DNA of 64,000 nucleotides from Octopus sinensis (taxonomy: Eukaryota): assembly GCF_006345805.1 (NCBI RefSeq), contig NC_043013.1, forward strand, positions 34,348,001-34,412,000, written 5' to 3'. Below the pieces are notes generated by a model. It was not told the origin of the DNA. It did no database searches and worked only from the letters and a program-made list of their open reading frames with translations. The translations under genes were made by a program, and so were the position numbers. Below are positions 51,376-63,639 of the stretch, in pieces. Every line of letters starts with the position of its first letter. Positions within the stretch are counted from its first letter, which is position 1.

Positions 51376-52059
51376 TGAGTGAGTGGACTGGAGCACAAAG
51401 AAACATTATTCATTTTACCCAGGTATTCAGAGAGAGAGAGAAAGTGTGTGAGAGGCCCGAGAGAAAGAGCCTGATAGAAAGAATGAAAGAGTGAGGGACA
51501 GAGAAGGAGAATGGATGTGTGTGGGTGGGTGGGTGTATTGGCGGGGGCGGGGAGAGGACTAAAAGAATGAGAAAAGCCATTACATAAGAACTGTCACAGT
51601 AAATTGTTGGCAATAAAAACAAGAAAAGAATAACAAAATTGCTATGCATTTGGTGGGTTCTTGACAGCTCTATACTTTTGTGGAGTTTAAACATAGCCCT
51701 GGGTTACTTTTAGGCAACAACAGAATCAAAAGCTACATCATCATCATCATCGTCATCATCGTTGTTGTTGTTGTTGTCTTTGTCGAGAGACACAAGAGAA
51801 AAAAAAAAATAATATAAACAGCATTGCAAAAAAAAAAAATAAAAAAATAGTAACAGTAAAAATAGTGGCAACAGTGACTGTTATAGCTGGCAAAGACAAT
51901 GCTGGACAAAGTTGTATTTATAGAAGGTAAAATGGGAAAGAAGCGGAGAAGAGGAGAAAAGAAAAAGACATTAAACTGATAATTTGTTACAAGTGGGTGT
52001 GTATGTGTATCTGTGTGTGTGTATCAATCTATCTATCTATCTATATAATATATATATGT

Positions 52060-52325
52060 GGAGACACAATGGCCCAGTGGTTAGGGCAGCGGACTCGCGA
52101 TCGTAGGATCGCAGTTTCGACTCGCAGACCGAGAGATGTGTGTGTTTATTCAGCGAAAACCCCTAAAGTTCCACAAGGCTCCAGCAGGGGGTGGTGGCGA
52201 TCCCTGCTGTACTTTTTCACTGCAACTTTCTCTCACCCTTTCTTCTGTTGGCCTGCTTGCTTAGCCAGTGGAGTGGCATCATTTGAAGACTAAAACAATG
52301 CAAAGCACATTGTCACCAGCAATGT
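52060..52325 (+). mobile_element. tRNA-derived SINE related to family D
   Basis: A-box TGGCCCAGTGG and B-box GTTTCGACTC. The body AAAAC-CCTAAAGTTCCAC...CAACTTTCTCTCAC is shared with family D. Confidence 0.7.
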
Positions 52326-52331
52326 GTATGT

Positions 52332-52661
52332 GAACGTGTGTGGCTTAATGGCTAGAGCATTCAGATCACGATTGTAAGGTCGTGAGTTCAATTCCCAGTG
52401 ACGCATTGTGTCCTTGCGCAAGACAATTTATTTCACACTCCTCCAGTCCTCTCACCTGGCAATAATTAGTAGTACCTGAATTTCAAGGGGCCAGCCTTGT
52501 CACACGCTCTGTGTCACCCGAAATCTCCCTGAGAAATACGTTAAGGGTCCATATCTCTGTGGAGTGCTCAGCCACATGCACATTAATTTCATGAGCAAGC
52601 TGTTCCGTTGATCGTATCAGCTGGGACCCTCACTACTGTAACTGACGGAGTGCTCCTTTTT
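52332..52661 (+). mobile_element. tRNA-derived SINE related to family E
   Basis: A-box TGGCTTAATGG, B-box GAGTTCAATTCC and GTGTCCTTG-GCAAGACAATTTATTTC. T-run at the 3' end. Confidence 0.7.
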
Positions 52662-52714
52662 TTATATACATATAATATATATATTATATACATATACTTG
52701 GTGACCTCAGTGAG

Positions 52715-53291
52715 GTCACTAAGTGACTTATTTACATTATTTACATTTGACAGATGTTTGTCCTCGTCTTGTTTGTTGTTAACACATTTCAGCTGATATA
52801 CCCTCCAGCCAGCATCAGGTGTCTTGGGGAAAATTTCGAACCTGGGTTCTCATTCCTAAAGGTGTAGCTGTGTGGTAAGTAGCTTGCTTACCAACCACAT
52901 GGTTCTGGGTTCAGCTCCACTGTGTGGCACCTTGTGCAAGTGTCTTCTACTATAGCCTCGGGCCGACCAAAGCCTTCTGAGAGGATTTGGTCGACAGAAA
53001 CTGAAATAATCGTGTCATATATATGTATATGTGTGTATATATATATATGTATGTGTATTTGTGTGTCTGTGTTTGTCCTCCAACATCGCTTGACAACCGA
53101 TGCTGACAATCGATGTTTACGTCCCCGTAACTTAGCGGTTCAGCAAGAGAGACCAATAGATAAGAACTAGGCTTACAAAGAATAAGTCCTGGCATCGATT
53201 TGCTCAACTAAATGTGATGCTCCAACATGGCTGCAATCAAATGACTGAAACAAGTAAAAGAATATTATTATTATTTTTATTATTATTATTA

Positions 53292-53351
<60 letters not shown>

Positions 53352-53463
53352 TCACTGCCTGGAATCTAACTTGGAATCTTGGGGTTAGTAGCCCATGCTC
53401 TTAACCACTATACCATATACGGCTACTAACCTGAAGATTCTGAGTTTGACCTGAAGGCAGTGA

Positions 53464-53504
<41 letters not shown>

Positions 53505-53563
53505 TCGAAAAATACCTCAGGAATGAGAACCCAGGTTCAAAATTTCTCCAAGACACCTGATGA
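52715..53563. mobile_element. Head-to-head dimer of a tRNA-headed, (TAA)n-linked, hammerhead-tailed element
   Basis: Both arms read outward from about 53420 as tRNA-like head, (TAA)n, then AGGAATGAGAACCCAGGTTC-AAATTT-CCAAGACAC-CTGATG. The left arm is interrupted by a SINE A. Confidence 0.65.
52862..53262 (+). mobile_element. SINE family A, near full length
   Basis: GCTGTGTGGTAAGTAGCTTGCTTACCAACCACATGGTTCTGGGTTCAG...GAAACAAGTAAAAG. Confidence 0.85.
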
Positions 53564-53787
53564 GATTATTCTCTGCTGAAGAGGGAAAAATCTGTGGGCT
53601 TTAATCCCGAAATTGATTCAATATGGAGATAACAAATTTTTTTTAAAATTCTGTTAGCTTGCCTTCCTCAATTTCAGCATGACGTGTATTCATGGTGATT
53701 GTATATTGTAATGTGGTGATTGATAACTTAAAGTCTATTCTCAGCATATTGGCATAGCATTTTTTTCTTTTGCCCTTGTTTTATAAT

Positions 53788-53819
<32 letters not shown>

Positions 53820-53823
<4 letters not shown>

Positions 53824-54050
53824 TCTTTATTACCCACAAGGAGCTAAACATAGAGGGGACAAACAAGGACAGACAAGCGAATTACGTTGATTACATCGAC
53901 CCCAGTGCATGACTGGTACTTAATTTATCGGCCCCGAAGGGATGAAAGCAAAGTCAACCTCGGCGGGATTTGAACTCAGAACGTAATGGCAGACGAAATA
54001 CAGCTACGCATTTCGCCTGGTGTGCTAACAGTTCTGCCAGCTCGCCGCCT
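53820..54050 (-). mobile_element. SINE family B, young copy
   Basis: Near-identical to 1215-1437. Confidence 0.85.
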
Positions 54051-54568
54051 TATAATTGTGTGTGTATATGCACACACACACACGCAAACACAAAGTAATA
54101 AATGGATGTACACCTTACATTGCTTGTATGATACATTTCTCAATCTGTTCATTCATATTGCCATTGTTTGCACTGTTATGCAAATTGGACAAGTCAGTTA
54201 AGTATCTATTTTCTCTCCATAGACGGGAATGTGTGACCACTTTTTGTTGAGATGTTATTAAAGACATAGAAAATATTCAGATGAATATATCTTTCTGGCA
54301 ACAAAGAGAAAGATCTTGGGGACAGACGTAGTCTCTATATTCTTATATTAAGATTCACTGTGTTTACTAAAAAGTCAAGCTTCTAAGATAATCTTGGTAA
54401 CATTCAATTCATTTTCAATAATTTTTATTTTGTATATGAGATAGATTGATTAATTTCTATTATTGCTTGAAATCTGGAGAACATATATCTCAGATTTGCA
54501 TTGTTTTATTTTTAGTCTTTATACACGTGTGCAGTGTGTGCATGATCATACATACATACATACATATG

Positions 54569-54625
<57 letters not shown>

Positions 54626-55605
54626 TACACATATATATATATGTATGTATGCTCACACACACACTGCACAGATGTGTATAAAGACTATATGTATATATAT
54701 GCAGGAATGTATGTACACACACACATATACACATATAGGGATATGTAGATATAAACATATAAATCTATCTATACACACACACACTCATATACGTGTGTAT
54801 ATATATATATATTTATGTATATATTTATATATTTATATATATTTATATTTATATATTTATATTTATATATATATATATATATATATATGCATATACACAC
54901 ACACACATACATACATTCATATATGAGTGTGTGTGTGTGCGTGTAATGTATACCCAAGGTCAAATTCACTTCAACACATACAAACCACTCTGTGAATCTA
55001 TGCAGAAAACAAACTAACACTGCACATATGTAAAAAAAACAAACAAACAGCCAAACAGAGAGTGTAAATCTGATTAAACAAAATCCTACTTGGTGTCTAC
55101 GCAACAAAAATAAAAGTTTCTTTTGTGTGCATAAATGTGTGTGAATGTATGTGTGTGCACATGTATATTTGCATATTTCTGTATGTTACTATTTACTTAA
55201 AAAATGAAAAAAAAAAAGGTTTATTTTTAAACCCACCTCATCCTACCCCATCCATCTCTAAACAAAAGCTTATTAGATTTTAGAATTTCTTTATAAAGCA
55301 TGATGGAATCATTTTGGCAGAATCGGTAAAAAGGTAGTGGGGGTGCTCCAAAAGGGGTCTCAGGGAGTAGTATCCCTGCTTTTCTTGAGCTAGTTTGCCA
55401 CCACATTTCTTAAAAATCATGATAGAGGCATTGGTCTCAGGACCACTCATGTCTAGAAAATGAGGTCGGGGTGAGCAAGGGCATGCTGCCTGTAGAAAAT
55501 CCAGCTCCAAAAAGGCTTCATGATAGCAAGGGAGAATGGGCACCAGCCAGCCCAAAGGTAGGGGTAGGCAGCAAAGGAATAATCGATTATGTTATGAACT
55601 TCATT

Positions 55606-55667
55606 AGCTTACAGCTGTTTCTGCTATAAGACACAGTGAACTAGCACTTCATAGCTCCACCAGAGCC
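55606..55667 (-). ncRNA. Decayed hammerhead-ribozyme-like motif
   Basis: The minus strand reads GGCT-CTGGTGG-A-GCTAT...ATAGC-A-GAA-ACAGCTGT-A-AGCT. Stems II and III are intact, but the CUGANGA box has two changes. Confidence 0.45.
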
Positions 55668-55859
55668 TCAAATATGAAGTGCAATTTATTTGGGAAAGAA
55701 TTGCATTTGTGCCCATATAGTGAATGTCAAATGATCACACCCTTTTACTTGACATACATCCACTCACTAACCATTAAAGTTATTTATTGTTGTCTTTAAT
55801 TTTTTTATCTTTATACAGTTCTCAATTTCCTTTTATTGGGCACCATGATCAATAAAATA

Positions 55860-56305
55860 TGTCAGAAATAAGGCAAAACCATTATCATGCCAGACAAAAT
55901 GTTTGGCAGCATTTAGTCCATCTTCACCTTCTCAGTTCAAATTCTGTTGAGGTTGACTTTACTTTTCCTCCTTTCAGTGTCGATAAAATAAGTACCATAT
56001 GAGCACCAGAGCCATTGTAATTGATTGAGCCTCTCCCCTGAAATTGCTGGCCTTGTGCCAAAATTTAAATCCATTATTATTATCATCAAGGTGATGGGGT
56101 TGGCAGAATCATTAGCACATTGGGAAAAATCTTTTGTGGCATTTCGTCTGTCTTTACGTTCTGGGTTCAAATTCCACTGAGATTGACTTTGCTTTTCATC
56201 CTTTTGGGGGTCGATAAAATAAGTACCAGTTGAACACTGGTGTTGATGTAATCGATTGGACCCCTCCACCAAAATTTCAAGCCTTGTGCCTTCAGTAGAA
56301 AGAAT
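55860..56305 (+). mobile_element. Two tandem SINE family B copies
   Basis: GTTCAAATTC...TTGACTTT...GTCGATAAAATAAGTACCA occurs twice, separated by ATTATTATTATC. Confidence 0.78.
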
Positions 56306-56307
56306 TA

Positions 56308-56341
<34 letters not shown>

Positions 56342-56363
56342 CATCATTATTATTATTATCATT

Positions 56364-57012
56364 GCTTTTGCGCAACTTCTAATGCTGGAGATGTACTATG
56401 GTGTCAGCTGTTCACTACCAGTGAACTAAGGTAACACCTCTTATTTTTTGAGCACCTTCCAGAGCGGTTCCAAGCAGTGCTGTTTTCTGCAAGTGCCCCA
56501 CCCTTATTGCAGCCCATATTGTTCCATGTACTTCTAAAGATTTTTACTCACTGTTCCCAGGACTCTGACAATTATTGGTACTACTACCACCTTTTTCATT
56601 GATGACAACTGCTTAACCTCCCAAGCTAACCTGTCACATTTATCAACTTTCCTTTCTTCCTTATCCCATATATTGTTGTCAGTTGGGCATGCTATGTTTA
56701 TGATCCAGCATAGTTTGCTTTTGTTCTCAATTAAGACTATGTTTGGCTTCCTATTCTCTATCTCATGTTTGCACTGAATCATAAAATCCCATAGGATCTT
56801 TGCATTAATTTTTCAATGATGCCTTCAGGGTTGTGGTCGTACCAATTTTTTGCTCTGTCAAGTCCATACTTGTTGCAAAGTGTGCAATGGACAAGCCTTG
56901 CTACATTGTCGTGGCATCTCTTATATTCCTTCTGGGCTAGTGGTGTACATTGGCTGGTAATATGCCATATGGTTTCACCATTTTGTCCACAGATTCTGCA
57001 CTTATTAATTTC
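56364..57012 (-). mobile_element. 5'-truncated R4/Dong-type retrotransposon: CCHC zinc knuckle plus restriction-like endonuclease
   Basis: Reads KCRICGQNGETIWHITSQCTPLAQKEYKRCHDNVARLVH...WYDHNPE / RKPNIVLI...IINIACPTD...KEERKVDK...VVPIIVRVLGTV...LQKTALLGTA, with frameshifts and a stop. (TAA)n-rich tracts lie on both sides. Confidence 0.9.
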
Positions 57013-57576
57013 TATTATTATCATTATGATTATTATTATCATCAACATCATTATTATTATTATTGCTGCTGCTGCTGTTGCAGCTGCTGCTGCTCTTATA
57101 GATTTACTATTGCTATATGTGTAATAATAAATTTTCAGTTCCTTTTCAATCTTTTCTTCAGGTGAAAGTGAAAGTGAAACAAGATCTTTATGGTTAGAAC
57201 TGAGTTTCTTTCCTTGTCTGTAACAGTGAAGTTTTCTATCATCAGACTGAGCCAAGCCATTAGCACTTTAGCAGCCACATTAATTTGGCCTAGTATGGAA
57301 TGAATGCAGTTGTACTGATGGTTGTTGACATATTAAATGGAAAAGGATGAAACAAAAGATTTTCAAATAAATAACAACAACAGCAGGAACTATAACAACA
57401 ACAACATCAACAACGTGCTCAAAGATTTTCTTGGCAGAAATACGAAAAAGACATCATTACTGAGATGTGTCAACTGTCCAAACTAACCAGTTAATAAACT
57501 TTATGCAGAAAAAGTTTTTAAGAAAAAAACTGGAGCAAATGAAAAAAATATATAAGCACACACACACACACACACA

Positions 57577-57619
<43 letters not shown>

Positions 57620-59072
57620 TATATGTATGTTACAAACTTGATACATTTATGTCAAGACTTAAGAATTTGGTCGATGGAAACAAAAAGGAAGCAAAAATAA
57701 AATGGAAAAAAAAAATAATAAAGGATCATAAAATTGTGCAAAAGTTAAAAATTCTTAAGTAAGTACAGAATCAGAAAAATTGGAAATATTATATTTGATA
57801 GAGAAATATTTCTTTCATTTGATTTTGATTGCTTAAGAAAATTGATGGCTTAAAAAAAAACCAGGGGCATAGATGAGTGGAAAGATAGGAAGGTTGCTGG
57901 AGGAGAAAGGAAAGAAGTAAAAACAGAATATAATTTGAATAGAAGTAAACCTTCTCATATTTAGATGTTTTTTATGTATGTATATGGCTTACATGTCTCT
58001 CTTGTTTTATATATATACATACACATACGGACACATATATATGTGCATAACTGTATGTGTGTGTATATATATATGTACATACACATATGTAAACACACAC
58101 ACACACATTTGTGCATATGAAAATTATGTACATAATTTATATATCTATATTAGTAAAAGCAAATTTTTGTGTGTACTTGTATGGGTTTCTGGTTCATAAA
58201 TTCAGCCTCCTGCCACCACGACCACCACCAGGGGTACCTACTTCAATGAATATTTGAAATCAGGTAACTCCAGGAATAAGTCTATGCTTTTCTAATCCAA
58301 TAGTCGGTTGTTCAAAACTTGTACCAGCCAATAACACCTTTAGCTATTATTGTTGTATTTGGAGATGGTCATTTTCCCAATAAACCCATGGACTATTTGA
58401 TCTGTACTTTAGATTTATAATTATTACTAATTTAGAGTTCTTTTGTTTCACATTCTATGACATCTTCAATGACTATCTGTTTTTTGTGTCTCTTCTTCTT
58501 TCTGGTTTTGCCCAGTCTTAGAAGAGGTCACAGAATGTGTGATGAAAGAACTCTGACAAATAAACTAATAATAATAAAGATAAAATCAAATAAATAACAT
58601 ATGTGTTTATTGACAAAATGACCATCCCCAAATATTTCAATATCTGTTCCAACATATGACTTCACATCAAGACTCTTGCAAAGCAGTTACATAAATGAAA
58701 TCATATTTAATCTTTCCAGAAACTGAATGACAAAGAGTGAGAATAACTAACATTTTTGAGACTATCCTTTACATATACAGCAGTAATTAAGCACTTTTCA
58801 TATTGGTTTAGAATAACATATTTCTGAGTAGCAATTTTGTATTCACTAAAGCCTTTTCTCCTAGAAAAAAAATCTACAGAACACAAAGTGAATGTCAACT
58901 TCCTCATACTGAGAAAAATTTTTTTGGTTTATAACAAGAGCAAACAAAATATTTTTATTAAACAATTTTAAAAGTCAAATTAAAATTTACAAATTGAACA
59001 AATCTTCAGTAAGCTGTACATATCAACACCAAAATAGAAAGCAAAACAAGACTGGAAATAAGTAGAAATTCT

Positions 59073-59495
59073 GGATCTTTTTGGTTTGAACGGCAGTTTT
59101 TAACATAATTTCTAGGTAACTAAAAAATCTTAAACTTCGTATACTGGTAGAATGTGTTTATAAAACATCTTTTTCTCTTGGCTTTATTGAGAAAATTCTA
59201 TAGTTTGTAATATATTTTTTGTTTTTTCTTCAATTTCTGCAATTTCAACCAATCAATGACGTCCATTGAGGTAGTAAACATTCTGTGCTGTATGAATATG
59301 TCCCCCGTTTAAGAAACAGATTGGGTTTATTTACATTTGTGAAGAAAAAAGATACCCTTCCCCCACCCCTAACTCTAACTAGCCCTAACCCTAAAACAGA
59401 TTGAAATGCAATAGACCGATACTAGGGTCATAATTATGGGTGACAATTTCATATGACACCGCTAGAAAAAACTGCCGTTGAAACCGAAAAGATCT
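59073..59495. mobile_element. MITE with ~29-bp TIRs and 8-bp TSD
   Basis: GGATCTTTTTGGTTTGAACGGCAGTTTTT ... AAAAAACTGCCGTTGAAACCGAAAAGATCT. GAAATTCT is repeated at 59065-59072 and 59496-59503. Confidence 0.85.
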
Positions 59496-61554
59496 GAAAT
59501 TCTATACATGTGAAGAGCCAGAAGAGTATGAATTCTAGCCAAAAGATAAGAAAAGGTCCAGTAAAGTTTCAGATTAGATAAATTATGAAATATCAAAAGT
59601 ACTAAAGCCTCAGTAATTTGGGATAAATTTTGAGTATTTATTTATCCATACAAAAAATTATTATTTCTTGTTTTTCTCATAGGTTCTTCAATTTTATGAT
59701 CTTACTTTAGGCTGAAAGTCCAGTAGTCCTCACCCAGAAAGTGGATTTTATAATTAGTATGCATATATCTATATCTATATCCTCCTCTTTCTCATTTTCT
59801 TTCTTTCACAAATATGACAAAGTTTTCAGCAAAAACTCAATGAAAATCACTTATTCAACTACACTGAATTTAAAACTGATTTCTGTTTCTAGCACTCACA
59901 AGCTAAATGAAACTAATAGGAACCCTTCTACTAATCCCTTCAGTTTCAGCTATACCAATAATTCCCGGCTAATTAGGAACTGTTAAGCTAAAGACATCAT
60001 ATTTGTGAGGAAGGCTAAAGAGCCAGAAACACATCTGGGAATCCGATAGGGGAAAGCACTGGGCAGATACGGTACCTTTACACTTTTTACCATAAGAAAA
60101 TTTTTTTCTCCACAGTAATTGTGGTGAATTTTCCTTTACAAGTTAATATATGTCACAAAACATATTTTAACTAACCTAAAGTTTATTTATTCCTAATTAT
60201 TGCTTGACCCTTTACATTTTATATATATACACACACACACACATATATATATATACACACATGCATTCACACACACATATATATATATGTATATATTCGC
60301 ACATAAACGGAAAAATAAGACGAAAAACACAAGGTTTCTTTTAAAAGACTAAAGAATATATTAGAATCATTATAGCAAAAGTATTATGTAATATTGCACA
60401 GAAAAAGATTTTTTTCTTCCAGCATAACAACCGGTTTCACTATTGATTTTCAAATTTTGAGCTTTGGATAAAATTCTGAATTAGGCATTTTGTTTGCTCT
60501 ACACACACACACCACACGTGTGTGTGTTTATATATAAAGCCAAATGCATGTATATCTATATTCATAACTAAAATATAGTTATTTATTCATATATCTGTGG
60601 GTGTGAGGTGAAGTTAAGTATGTAACTTTGCAGACAACTGAAACCAATCCATATTTCTAATCACTCATTGCAGTAGGGCACTAGTTTTGCTATTTATTCC
60701 CAGTGCAGTCATCATTCAGCTGAACTATCATTGAAGACTTTCCAGCTGTGATTATTCAGATGTATATCTAGCAATTCATTACCAAATATTACTTGTCTTC
60801 AGATCATAATATATATTTTGAGAGCGATTTGCCTGCTATTTCTGGCAGAGTGATTAATGGCTCAATTTTCAACACAAGGGATGTGTTAAGTTAACAACAA
60901 AAAGAGCTTGGGATTAGATTAGTCGGTTAGAATGTCGATGTGGGGTTATAAGTATGGTAAATGTTAAAAAAGATGGTGGGTGGTCTCAGCTAGCAACTAC
61001 GCCTGCTTGTGCATACACACATGCACACACACACACACACACATATTTATGTATATCAGAGCATACACACACCCAGTTGTTAAATAAGAGTGCTCAGTGC
61101 AGGAGCAAAGCATAATTAATATAACCCGTATATGCCCATAAAAAATGAAGTCTTAAAGTTTTACTGTATTTAGATTAAACATTATGGTAAGCTTTCACAA
61201 TCTGAAAGAGAAGGACAGTTTGCAACTGTTAGCTACGGGTGTCAACTCCCTACCGAACATTTTGTATGCTCGGTCAGACGTTTGGATAACACAGTGTTAG
61301 ATGTTCTATTTTTTATTTTATTCTTTTATTTGTTTCAATCATTTGTTTGTGGCCATACTGGAGCAAAGCTTTGAAAGATTTAGTCGGTTACATTAACTCC
61401 AGTACACTACTTATTTTTATGTCTGACATTTATTCAAACTGTTTGCTTTTGCCAAACTGCCAAGCTATGGAGACATAAACAAACCAATACCAGGTGAGAG
61501 AGAAACATTACCATGAAGTCTCTCTCTCTCTCTTTCTCTCTCATACACACACAT

Positions 61555-61875
61555 ACACATAGCTCAGTGGTTAGAGTGACAGGCTCACGATCATGGGGTT
61601 GCATGTCAGATTCTCGGACTAGGCTGTATGCTGTGTTCTTGAGCAAGACACTTTATTTCACGTTGCTCCAGTCCATTCAGCTGTGATGTCACAGGTGCCA
61701 AGCTGTATCAGCCTCTTCCTTTCCCTTGGATAACATCGGTGGTATGGAGACGGGAGGCTGGTATACATGGGCTATTGCTAGCCTTCTACAAAAACAACCT
61801 TGCCCAGACTTTCCTTGGAGGCAAACTTTGCAGGTGCAATCCCATGGTCATTCATAACCAAAGGGGATCCTTTTT
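61555..61875 (+). mobile_element. SINE family E
   Basis: A-box TAGCTCAGTGG. Colinear with 11791-12099. Confidence 0.8.
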
Positions 61876-62449
61876 TTATGTATGCACGTATGCATACACA
61901 GAAGAAGGTCTCCTTATAAAGTTTTTGTCTGTCAAATTCACTTAAAAAGCATTATTCAACTCAGGGCCATTGTAAAAAAATACTTGAACCCATGATAATG
62001 TGATGTGGGACTGAACCTGAGACCACATGATTATGAAGTGAACTTCTTAAACACACAGCTATAAATGTGTCTGAAAAAAAAAAATAAGGATAGGATGGCC
62101 ACAGCTAGATCATATTTATAGCGTAGGTCAGCTTGATTAGGTAGAGATAAATAACAATAGTTGCAGCTTTCACCTCCTCCTTCACCATTACCAGAAATCT
62201 GATGCTTAGCTATTTTATATTGGTAAGAGAAAAGATGGAACCATGAAATTATTTCTGTCACAGTTGGGTTCCAAAATAAACATGCAAAGAACAACTTCAA
62301 TAAAGATGGCATCAAAATAGAAGCCATTTAAACTAACATATATAAATACTCATATACATAGTTATACACACATACACACATATATATACATATATAGAGA
62401 GAGAGAGAGAAAAAGAGAGAAAGGGAGGGGAATAAATTCATGAAAGTAT

Positions 62450-62592
62450 GCATGGGTACATATATATATATATATATACATACACATATATATATACATA
62501 CATATACATACATACATACATACACACACATATATATATACATATATACATACATACACACATATATATATACATACATACATACATACATA

Positions 62593-62623
<31 letters not shown>

Positions 62624-62667
62624 ACATACACACATATATATATACATACATACATACACACATATAT

Positions 62668-62700
<33 letters not shown>

Positions 62701-62716
62701 TACATACATACATATA

Positions 62717-62752
<36 letters not shown>

Positions 62753-62965
62753 TGCATACATACATACACACATATATATATACATACATATATATATGTA
62801 CATACATACATATATATTTATATATATATATACATATATACATATATATTTATATATATATATACATATATACATATATATTTATATATATATATACATA
62901 TATACATATATATTTATATATATATATATACATATATACATACACATATATATATATATATAATA
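62450..62965. repeat. Compound (TACA)n/(TA)n microsatellite
   Basis: Directly visible. Confidence 0.95.
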
Positions 62966-63606
62966 CCATCTAAACAGAGGGATTTAGGGGTAGGACAACA
63001 CAAAATGAATACGTTTTGCATTTTCTTTAGATTTCTTTCATTTTTTTGGCATTATTTCTTATTCTAATTCTTCTTTTTACTAAAGCCCCATCATCATCAT
63101 CAGCAGCATCATCAGCATCATCATCAGCATCATCATTAGTGTCATCATCTATGAAGTTATCATAATCATCCTCAATACCTTTAATATTCTCATTTCCCTT
63201 TCTTCCTGGCATCTGCCCCCTCTTTCATACTTCTTCATTGTCTTTTTTTAATTCTATGTCACCTTCTTCCTCCTCCTCCACTTCCTCCTCCTTCTCCTCC
63301 TTTTCCGCATTTCATTCTATCTCCCATTCTTATACCTTTTACTTGTAAATGTATCTTTATTTTTTTTTCCTTTACCTCTCCCCAATTCACCCTCGCTTTG
63401 TTTTTCATTTCGATTTCTCGAGGCTTTTACACCCCCACTCTCCGTCTTCATCCTTCACCCCGTTCTCATCATCCGGCTCAACCTACATCTCACTTCATAA
63501 GTGGCTTCATCAATGGCATATTGGAAGTATTTGTCTGTATATAAGCAGATCTATGGGTATTTAATATATACACGTGTGCATGTCTGTATGTGTGTTATAT
63601 ATATAT

Positions 63607-63639
<33 letters not shown>

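Noticed and set aside
53345-53420. tRNA-Ser-like gene
   Set aside because: It has A/B-box-like motifs and an anticodon-like arm but no acceptor stem closure. It is treated as a SINE-type head, as are the other tRNA-like heads in the window.
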